Of a stretch of DNA of 64,000 nt, positions 53,811-64,000 are shown piece by piece. Every line of letters begins with the position of its first letter. Positions within the stretch are counted from its first letter, which is position 1. The notes beneath the pieces are model-generated. The model saw only the letters and a program-made list of their open reading frames with translations, was not told the origin of the DNA and did no database searches. The position numbers were made by a program, and so were the translations under genes. The DNA comes from Octopus bimaculoides (Eukaryota). The stretch is taken from NCBI RefSeq assembly GCF_001194135.2, contig NC_068983.1:159150914-159214913 (forward strand), in the 5' to 3' direction.

Positions 53811-54030
53811 TAAGGCGGCGAGCTGGCAGAATCGTTAGCACGCCGGGCGAAATGCTTAGCGGTATTTCGTCGGTCTTTATGTTCTGGGTTCAAATTCCAC
53901 CGAGGTCGACTTTGTTTTTCATCCTTTCGGTGTCGATAAATTAAGTTCCAGATGCGTCCTTGGGTCGATCTAATCGACTGGCCTCTCTCCCCAAAATTTC
54001 GGGCCCTGTGCCTAGAGTAGAGAAGAATAT
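53811..54030 (+). mobile_element. tRNA-derived SINE, family A
   Basis: Full copy aggcggcgagctggcagaatcgttagcacgccgggcg..gggttcaaattcc. Partial copies also occur at about 4920-5050 (+), 16430-16560 (-), 57120-57272 (-) and 63420-63675. Confidence 0.8.
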
Positions 54031-55130
54031 TAAATTGTTCATACATTATTTCTCTGTTCACATGTCATACGTTATGCGCCATGATGAATTCTTTCCGACG
54101 TGAAGAAGGCAAGATTACAATATTCATACTATAACACAGCATTATTTTAATTCAAATCAGAATATTTATGATATTTCCGTATTAATCTCATGTTTATTTT
54201 TATATTTTAATTATTACACTATTTCCTATTTTAATTATTAACTTTATTTTTGATTTCAAAATTCATACTCTGTTCGCTGTTTTTAGTTGCTTTCCTTAAG
54301 TACATTTTTTCTTTTAGCTTTTTAATGTTTGTTTCTTTGTGCTTTCTCCCATCTTCATTTCTTTCTTTATTATTTTGTATTGTTTCGTTTAATCTGGTAT
54401 TATTATTTATAACAAGTGGAGTGTGTCAAATGTATTGGACGCGTCGTATTGCAAATGGTAATGAAATGCACAGATAATATAGCAGTTATTTCCATCATGC
54501 TATATATATTCATAAAAATCCTTAATTTCCTGATAAGGATTTTAATTAAGATATTGAAATATGTAAAAGGTGTCCACATAAATATGTATATAGTATCTTA
54601 TAGTTATCATTCTCATATTTGATTATTTAAAAAACATGAACAGCGGAAGCAAAAAACATACTGGAAAAGGAAGGGACAATATTTTACATATCACTTGACC
54701 AAGCCTAATGTATTTAAAATAACACATGGAAATCAAGCATAGAGGTCAATGAGAAACATATCGCAGACACGTGTTAAGTATAATTGATAAGGTTATGAAT
54801 GATTCACTGAATCTGATATTAATTATACTACAAATCTTAGTAACAATCGGATAGATTATGTTCTATATCGATAAGTGCTAGCATGGCTATGCACTTTAGA
54901 AGCGTACCTTGCAACCACAAGGTTTCGAGTTCAGTCCAACTGTAAGGCACTTATTTTTCTCTACAGTTGTTTCGATAAATACAATAATTACGTAATTAAT
55001 AAAGACAAATTTAAATCTAACGGATGATCCTTACCCTGAGAAAACTTAAAATTTAAAGTTATTCACGACCCCATACATGGTTTATTGCAATCAAGACATA
55101 TACATATGAATGCGTGTATCATGTATATTA

Positions 55131-55212
55131 TCTGACTCTCCCTGTGTGTCTGACTCTCCCTGTGTGTCTGACTCTCCCTATCTGTCTGACTCTCCCTGCC
55201 TGTCTGACTCTC
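55131..55212. repeat. 18-bp minisatellite (TCTGACTCTCCCTGTGTG), about 4.5 copies
   Basis: Read directly from the sequence. Confidence 0.9.
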
Positions 55213-55370
55213 GCTATCTCTGGAAAAAGAGTCCGATAGAATAATTACTGGGTGTACAAATAATAAGTACAAGGGTCAATTTCTTCCACTACAAAACTCA
55301 TTAAGGTGGTGCTCCAGCATGTCCGCAGTCACAGAAAAAAAGCAGGTAAAATAATAAGAACATAAAAAGA

Positions 55371-55410
<40 letters not shown>

Positions 55411-55413
<3 letters not shown>

Positions 55414-55640
55414 GGCACATGGCTTAGTGGTTAGAATGCTGCACTATATATTATTGCGACATCGTGGGTCGATTCCCTGACAGAGCGTTACGTTATGCTC
55501 TTGAGCGAAGTACTTCATTTCACGCTGCTCTGCGATCATTTTGTCATCTGGCATGTGGCCCACGGTGAACCTGTACAGGTAATATCGCTTTGATGGAGGA
55601 AGTATATTTACGTGTACACAAGCATTTGATTACTATAAAC
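55411..55640 (+). mobile_element. tRNA-derived SINE-like element (diverged)
   Basis: GAAGGCACATGGCTTAGTGGTTAGAATGCTG..GGGTCGATTCCC head directly after a (TG)n run. Confidence 0.5.
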
Positions 55641-56639
55641 AAATCAACTGTGTAGTTCTTGCCGAAACCTCATACGTAGTCCATGATGTATATATGGGTG
55701 TGTCTGTGGATGTATGTGTGTGTGCGTACGTATGTGCATGTTTGTGAGTGTGTGTGTACGTATATATGTATATATATATATATATATATACATATATATA
55801 TGTATGTATGTGTGTGTGTGTATGTAAGCATGTATGTAAACACACTCACTCACACACACAGTTGTGGTTTCATGTGTGGTTTCGTGAACAAACCTATAAT
55901 GTCATATATAAGTATTTCTAGAATAGATTATTTGAATAAGAGATTTTAGAAGCGAATAATACTTGTCAATAGACATAAGTCAAACTGTGACACATACTCG
56001 AAGATTACGGCTATTTGCCTTTTCATACGGATTGTGTGACTAAAAGCGAACGATAATACACCACCAAGACAGGAAAATAAACGACTATGATAGGAAAATC
56101 AACAGCATTCGCTTAAATAAAATTATTATTTACTTGTCAGCTAGTAATAATAACTGTGCGGCTGACATGAATGATAACGACAGCAAGAATTAGGAAAACT
56201 TTGTTTTATTATTATTATTATTATTACTATTATTATTATTATTATTATTATTATTCCTATTATTAATATTATTTTTATTGTTGTTCTTATGATTATAACG
56301 TTAGTAATATTTATTATATATATATATATATATAAAGAGAGGGAGAGATACGTATGTATATATATGAATGTATATATGTATGTATGCATCGAACAGTGTT
56401 ATTCCTCTACATATATATAAGTATATTTCTGCATCCTTGTTTATATATACATGGGGGAAATGGTATGTGCGTGTGTGTGTGTATATATATATATATGTTT
56501 GTATGTGTCTATATATGTATGTACGTATATATATACACACATATAATTTCCCCTATGTATATATACATACAATGCAGTCATATATACTTAGTATATCAAA
56601 CTATCAAATGACAACATCGATGATAATGATGATGATGAT

Positions 56640-57110
56640 GCTCAGGTTTCATCTTGCTGTGAATGTTGAAGAAATATTCAGCCCAATACCACAGATTTGA
56701 TTATCAGACGCTTGACCTTAACTACTTGAGCTGAGGTCATGCGCATCTCTGATCTGGTGCAAGATTACTAGGGGTGTGTCATAGCCATGTGTTGAAAGGA
56801 ATTGGGGCGGGGTTGAATAATTCATCTCTGGAAATATAGGTCTGTCGTTCAACATCCTTAAACAACCCTTATTCAGGAGACCTTTAGAGCAGGATCTTCT
56901 GTAGGATCGGAAGGAAATTGTAAGCGGAACCCCCGCAGGGTCTTGCGTTGATTATCTTTTACGGGGTCAACATATCCTGCACATATGGTTGTGATGTGTG
57001 TGTCTGGAACACCCTTATTAGACGGGTTGTCATGATGGGTATATTGGGTTTCATATATTTGTACTCCAAAACCACTTTGATGGCGTGTGCTGCTCTGTCA
57101 CTCACTAATA
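56640..57110 (+). mobile_element. Unclassified retroposon-like repeat
   Basis: Its last 80 bp or so match 3146-3228 (gtcatgatgggtata..cactttgat..ctgctct.tcactca), and both are followed by AAT-type sequence. Confidence 0.45.
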
Positions 57111-58441
57111 ATGGTAATCCTTTTTTTACTTATAAGCACAAGGCCTGAAAGTTTTGGTGGGGAGGTGATGGGTAGAGGTAAGTCGGTTAAATCAACTCCA
57201 GTACTTGATTGCTCCTTGTTTTATCCACCCTGAAATAGGAAAGTGGTTCTCGGCGGAATTTGAGCTCAGAACATAGAGGAGAAGACGAAGGAGGATGAGA
57301 AGATGAAGGAGGAGGAGGAGTAGATGAAGAAGGAGGAGAATAAGAAAGAGGAGGAGGAGGAGAAGAAGAACGAAAGGAGACCGAAAGGAGAAGAAAAAGA
57401 GAAGAGTAAGAAGAAGAAGAAGAGTGAGGGGGAGAAAAACAGGAAGAAATAAATAAATTTTACAACTTGTGAAGTAAACACAGCAAAATTACTCAATACA
57501 CTGCCTCATGAAGGTCACTGCTAGCTCTCACTGCGCACACATCCATGTGCTGACGTCTGTTGCCGCTCTACAGAACTAATTTCGTAACTTTTATAGGTAG
57601 TTAGATAGATAGATAGATAGAACAATGGTTGCCTGTGAATTTACGAATTTCGCTTCGAAATAACGTGCTGCCCTATACATTCTTTATACGTTGCACGTCG
57701 CTGGTATGCAATAAAAAGCGACAATCGTGCAGTATATTATATTGTATTGTATTATATTATATTATATTATATTATATATTATATATATATATATATATAT
57801 AAACAGAGAGAGAGAGACGTATTCATAGTAATACATACACACACATATATCATTTGATATCCTATGATATAATCTAACATGATATGCGATAAATCATTTA
57901 ATATTCTTTACCGCTGCTCTTTTCCTCTTCATAAGTTTCAGAAACGAAATAAAAGCGTTAATAAATCACGTAAGCCGGGTTTCATATTCTTCTTTTTCTT
58001 CTATCTCAGGTAGATTGGCTTTAGTTTTCATTTGATCAATTTAGCCTTGGACTACAACTCACACATCGTCCATATTCAGAATCCTCCAGCAAATCACTTT
58101 CTTGAAAACGTTTTTATTTTATTGACCATTTAATCCCCACGAGACTATCTTTTTCGTTGTTGAGTTCTCCACAGATAATCTGCGATTATTACGGCTTTTA
58201 TACTGTTCTTTTTCAAGGGCGTTTATCAGTCTTTTTCTGAAATATTGCTCAAGAATGGTTTCAATAACGTGGAAAATCTTCATAAAGAGGCTTCGAATGA
58301 ACTATATTAATTTCCAGAAGTTTCTTTACATTTTTATGCAATTATTTTATTTCTTTTTATGTATTTTTTCACTCAAAGAGAATCCCTATTATGTTCAGTC
58401 ATATATACACCATATATATATATATATATATACACACACTC

Positions 58442-58476
<35 letters not shown>

Positions 58477-58507
58477 CATATATATATGTATATATATATA
58501 CACACAC

Positions 58508-58538
<31 letters not shown>

Positions 58539-58707
58539 TAATTATATACTTGACTATAAATATGTATATACATACATATATATATGTATATGAACATACA
58601 CATATATTCATTAAGTAATATATACCTACGTCAATATGATAGTGTGCATATATGTGTGTGCGTGTGTGTGTGCGCGCGCGTTTGCCTATATATTAATTGA
58701 TTGATGC

Positions 58708-58742
<35 letters not shown>

Positions 58743-59347
58743 TACAATTATTCATATTCTTTAGCATTCATATTCTAAAGTAAAGTAATTGGAATGGAAT
58801 ATGTGGGGAAATAAAGACAAGTCTCAATACGTGAAGGAAAGAAATATGCACTGTCAAATTTCCGTTGATTCTTCAGAGATACAAAGACCATTACGTATTT
58901 GAATTGAACAGTAGATACAAAAATGACTTGCCAAATAGAATTCTGGGTAACGTAAAATTGTTTTGTTGATGACCTAATATCATTTTCAAGTTACTTTACT
59001 TCGTTTTCTCGCGTCTATTTTCATATTATAGTAACAATGCTTCGTAAATGTAAGTAAAAGTATATTGTTTTGTATATATATATATATACATATATGTGTG
59101 TGTGATGGATGTACGTAGAGAGGGTAGAGCCTTTTAGATTTTAGGTTTTACATTTGTTTTGTAATTATATTTATTTCAATTATATTTGAGTTCGTTTGCA
59201 CACGTGATTAGTAGCTCCAAAGGCGAAAGTGCTCTCCCACGTAAATGTATTAAGTTGTATTGTATTAAGCAAGATATTTTGAATTGCAGAAAGTGTAAAT
59301 GATTGTGTGGCAATTGTAGAATTACATACATCTTTCTCTAAGAAAGC

Positions 59348-59690
59348 GCAAGTGTGGTTGTGTGGTAAGAATTTTTCTTGCCAACCAGATGGTTCTGTGT
59401 TCAATCCCACTGCGTGGCAACTAGGCCAAGTGCTTTCTATAGTAGCCTCGATTGGCCAAGGCATTGAGTGGATTTGACAGACAGAAAAACCAAAAGAAGC
59501 CCGTTGCATATATATGTGCACGTGTGTGTGTGTTGTCCCCACCACCAATTGACAATCGGTGTTTGTGAGGTTACGTACCCGTAATGTAGCGATTCGGCAA
59601 AATAAACCGATAGAATAAGTTCCAAACATTACAAAATACCCAAAATAAAGACTGCGTAACTGCAATCTAATGATTGAAGCAAAGATAAGA
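59348..59690 (+). mobile_element. tRNA-derived SINE, family B
   Basis: gcaagtgtggttgtgtggtaagaa..gtgttcaatcccactgcgtggc..ccgatagaataag. Other partial copies occur at about 1582-1730 (-), 4020-4197, 28575-28745, 31133-31196, 48290-48720, 49218-49340, 53425-53770 and 63715-63905. Confidence 0.75.
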
Positions 59691-59875
59691 GAAAAAGTAA
59701 CGTTGTGGACCTGTGATTATGCTAAACCTAGCTTGTTACTGTATACACCCGTAAGAGATGTGAAAAATGTCAGCCGTACGGGCATAATTGTAACTTAAAA
59801 TTATAATAGGCGTGGAGGTGGGGCGAATAGTTTGCTTCACAACTATATGGTTCTGGGTACAGTCCCACTGCGTAG

Positions 59876-59909
<34 letters not shown>

Positions 59910-60283
59910 TCAAAGGGTATTGCTCCATAAATGTCTAATGCTTCTTTGATTTTTGTCCGATTCAATGAACATGGATCGTTGGTAATATATTGTGGCTTTA
60001 CACAATCATTAATATTCTTGATGTGTCTCGACTATGCATTGTTGAAACGAACGTATCGCAAGAATAAACATAATACCATCACCTCCATTCTCGAATAAAC
60101 GGTACATGTATATNNNNNNNNNNTATGTATATATATATATATATATATAATATAGATTTAATCAAAAGATTACATATGGTACTTAAAATGTTTGTGGCAC
60201 CAGAATTTGGTAGGGTAAAAACCAAAAACAAAATCAAGAGATTTAGTGAATTAAATTTGAAAAAAAAAGCAACAAAAATGTAT

Positions 60284-60385
60284 TAGGTTATAGCAGAACG
60301 TACGTTTCATTGTACATCTTATGTGGTGTTCTCACTACATAAATAAATAAAATTTGTACGAAACGTACGTACTGCTATAACCTAA
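60284..60385. mobile_element. Approximately 100-bp MITE
   Basis: TAGGTTATAGCAGAACGTACGTTTC ... GAAACGTACGTACTGCTATAACCTA inverted termini. Confidence 0.7.
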
Positions 60386-60406
60386 TATATTTTTATTGCT
60401 TTTCAT

Positions 60407-60449
<43 letters not shown>

Positions 60450-60644
60450 GTGTGCGTTTATGGGTATACATTATATATATTCTAACACATTTATATATGG
60501 ATATCCATATATATAACACCTATACTTATGCGTTTCACTGTTCTGGCTTCTTGGAGCTTCTGCATTGAATGTCGCAAAATTCAACAGTAGCAGTCGTACG
60601 CCTAACTGTACACAAAAAGATATACTGCATATATACACACATAC

Positions 60645-60687
<43 letters not shown>

Positions 60688-61859
60688 AGTGTGTGTGTGT
60701 GTGTGTGTGTACGTACGTACGTACATACATACATACATACATACATACGTGCGACTAAAAAACAAGATTGTGCTTAGATAATTGTTTTATTGTTTTGTTA
60801 AAGTAATTTCGTCACCGACATTTTTGAAATTATCCTCCATTAACAATAATGAAAGCTATCTTTTTTGACTAGGTATCTAATGAATACAAAATATAGCAAG
60901 CAAAGCAAACGAGAAAATAAATAAGAAAAACAATTGGTTGAGACGTAATTTATTATCACCAGTGTTTCTATCGTTGTTTACGTTTTTTTTATGTTCATAT
61001 AACTGAATTATTATTAATCTTCTTATCGTTCTGGGATTGTGTTTTCTTTTTTCTTTATTTTTGTTTGTTTGAATGTTATTTGTCTTTTGCTTTTCTGAGG
61101 TTTTTTTTTTCTGNNNNNNNNNNNNNNNNNNNNNNNNNNNNNNNNNNNNNNNNNNNNNNNNNNNNNNNNNNNNNNNNNNNNNNNNNNNNNNNNNNNNNNN
61201 NNNNNNNNNNNNNNNNNNNNNNNNNNNNNNNNNNNNNNNNNNNNNNNNNNNNNNNNNNNNNNNNNNNNNNNNNNNNNNNNNNNNNNNNNNNNNNNNNNNN
61301 NNNNNNNNNNNNNNNNNNNNNNNNNNNNNNNNNNNNNNNNNNNNNNNNNNNNNNNNNNNNNNNNNNNNNNNNNNNNNNNNNNNNNNNNNNNNNNNNNNNN
61401 NNNNNNNNNNNNNNNNNNNNNNNNNNNNNNNNNNNNNNNNNNNNNNNNNNNNNNNNNNNNNNNNNNNNNNNNNNNNNNNNNNNNNNNNNNNNNNNNNNNN
61501 NNNNNNNNNNNNNNNNNNNNNNNNNNNNNNNNNNNNNNNNNNNNNNNNNNNNNNNNNNNNNNNNNNNNNNNNNNNNNNNNNNNNNNNNNNNNNNNNNNNN
61601 NNNNNNNNNNNNNNNNNNNNNNNNNNNNNNNNNNNNNNNNNNNNNNNNNNNNNNNNNNNNNNNNNNNNNNNNNNNNNNNNNNNNNNNNNNNNNNNNNNNN
61701 NNNNNNNNNNNNNNNNNNNNNNNNNNNNNNNNNNNNNNNNNNNNNNNNNNNNNNNNNNNNNNNNNNNNNNNNNNNNNNNNNNNNATATATATAGCTTGAT
61801 AGAAAACATACATTCATATGTGTATGTACGTTTGCATATATATATACGCACACACACGC

Positions 61860-61903
<44 letters not shown>

Positions 61904-64000
61904 TTGTAAGTATGTGTACACGGACAACTAAGTAACCAGCCAGTCTGTCATACAAACAACCAGATAAAAAATAATCGAAATAAAACAAGTAAACGGCTTC
62001 TTTATATAAATTTTGAAATAAATATATTAATAAAGATCTAAAATTCCAATTTCGAAATAGATTTGTTAATTTCGGGTTTCAGGAAACATAATTGCTTAAA
62101 TGAATGGATGAAAGAATGAGTGACTAAATAAACAAATAAATAAATAAATAAATGGTTGGATGTAGGGTTAGATGAATGAATGTTGTATCAAGAGATATCA
62201 GCCTGAGTGATTGTAGAAATACGATTGTGTTGCTTAATATTTAATTTAGTTCTTGTCCTTCCATCGTCATTTATGGTATTTTATTTTATTTTATTTTATT
62301 TCATTTTATTTTGATTCTATTTTTTTTGTTTTGCTCTTTAGCTTTCACCTTCTTTTGTCTTCGTTGCCATTGTCGTCGTTGTCATGGTGATAAGGATTAT
62401 GGTGATAAAGATCATCATCATCATTACCACCATGATCGTCATCGAGATCCTTATCGCTTCATAATCACCATCATCATCATCATCATCATTATTATCCTGA
62501 TCGTCATAGGAGTTGTCACCATCCTTATCACATCGTTATTGTCATCGTCGTCGTCATCATCATCATTATGATCATCATCACCATCGTCGTCATCAACTTC
62601 CTCACCAACATGAGCGTCTTTTATTTCTGTCTTTAATGCGCTCTTGTCAGACATTCCCGCCATTGTTTGCTTGAACTCGGACTCATTTCCTCTCTTCTCC
62701 TCTCGTGTTTTGCTGGATATTGACCACAGATATTTGTTCCATTATTTAATCTTCAGTAAATTTTGGAGTTCAATTGTTATTTATTCGTTTATTTCTTTGT
62801 TTTTTTCTGTTTGTATTTGTTATGCTTTGTTTCTGTATTTTTCTGTTTTATAACTTTTCAGTTTAATTCATATATAAACCTTTTACTTCAGTGATACTAA
62901 TTCCCAGTTTGTTCTTTATTGTTTCCTTACCTACAAGAAAATATTACCTTTGATGTTTCCTAGTTAAACCTTTTGGATTTATTTCTTGTATTTCAATGGT
63001 CTTTTATAATCCTACTATTGTTATTTTGTAGTAGTTTTCTATCCATCAGGAAACGATTTCTCTTTCTGTTCCGAGTACATGTACGTTGTGGTGTAGTGAC
63101 TTTGAATCGGTATCCTAAGCTGGCTGTTTTTTTTTCTTTATTAAGCATTTGAATTCCTTCTAATTTACTTCACTGAAGCTGTAGTTTATAAATGAGATGG
63201 CAAACGTATCTATTCTTACTGTCTTCTTTCTAGCATTTAGATTAGCCGTTTGTATGAATCGCAGTCTCCCTTAGTAGCCTTTACTTGTTTTTCTTGCGTC
63301 TTTTATTTCCCGAGATGTCTATCGCTACTATGGAATACAACCAAAGACAGCAGTCAAGGGATCTATACCTGAGACTAAAAGCGATCAATTCATTCAGTAT
63401 ATTGATGTATATTCTTTTCTACCCTAGACACAAGGCCCGAAGTTCTTGGGGAGGATGAAAGGCAAAGCCGACCTCGGCGGAATTTGAACTCAGAACGTAA
63501 AGACATACGAAATACCGCTCAGCATCATCCTCATCTAATTTGAGTCTGATTATTTGGGAGTTGAAAGGCGTTGAACCGGCAGAATCGTTAGAATGCCAGA
63601 TAAAATGCTTAGCGGAACATTGTCCCGTTTTATTTTCTGAGTTCAAATTACAAGGTATACTTTGCCTTTCATCCTTTATATATATAATGTATGTATGTAT
63701 GTATGTATTTCCCACCACCACCATCGTTTGACAACCGATGTTGGTGTATTTACGTACACGTAAGTTAGGGTTCGGCAAACGAGAACGTTAGAATAAGCAC
63801 TAGGCTTAGAAAGAATAAATCCTAGGGTCGCTTAGTTCGAATAAAGGCAGTGCTCCATCATGGCCGCAGTCAGGTGACTGAAACAAGTAAAAGAATAAAT
63901 GAGAATAGAAATAAATAAATAAATAAATAAATAAACACATGTACACTTGGTGAATCTGACTGGAAGATATTCGATCGTTGATCTTCACAATTTGCGCAAT

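Noticed and set aside
62300-62700. Poly-Asp/His/Ile ORFs (also 39804-40118, 41402-41668 and 56141-56389)
   Set aside because: They are translations of (ATC)n, (AAC)n and (AAT)n low-complexity DNA.

Overview
AT-rich, microsatellite-saturated eukaryotic DNA with about a dozen assembly gaps. The repeat landscape looks like a cephalopod (Octopus-type) genome, which is my inference from recognition. Only one host coding feature is supported: a 182-bp minus-strand internal exon (11253-11434) encoding the C-terminal end of the catalytic domain of an acetylcholinesterase/cholinesterase, with splice sites and phases matching vertebrate ACHE exon 4. I found no other exon of that gene, so most of the window is probably intron. 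The rest is transposon-derived: R4/Dong-type RLE LINEs stacked in (AAT)n, RTE and L1/Tx1 fragments, DD37D (maT) and mariner relics, a MULE transposase relic, several MITE/foldback elements and many tRNA-derived SINEs. The most unusual structures are a Penelope-type hammerhead-ribozyme-like unit (about 9850), a tRNA-Thr(UGU)-like unit in a tandem-plus-inverted array (26848-27490), a 926-bp long-TIR element with an 8-bp TSD, and an in-frame maT/Tx1 chimeric ORF. I found no clearly new biological system. Repeat boundaries were read by eye and are approximate (about +/-20 bp) unless a TIR, TSD or splice site is cited. Nearly all long ORFs in the supplied track are microsatellite or N-run artefacts.
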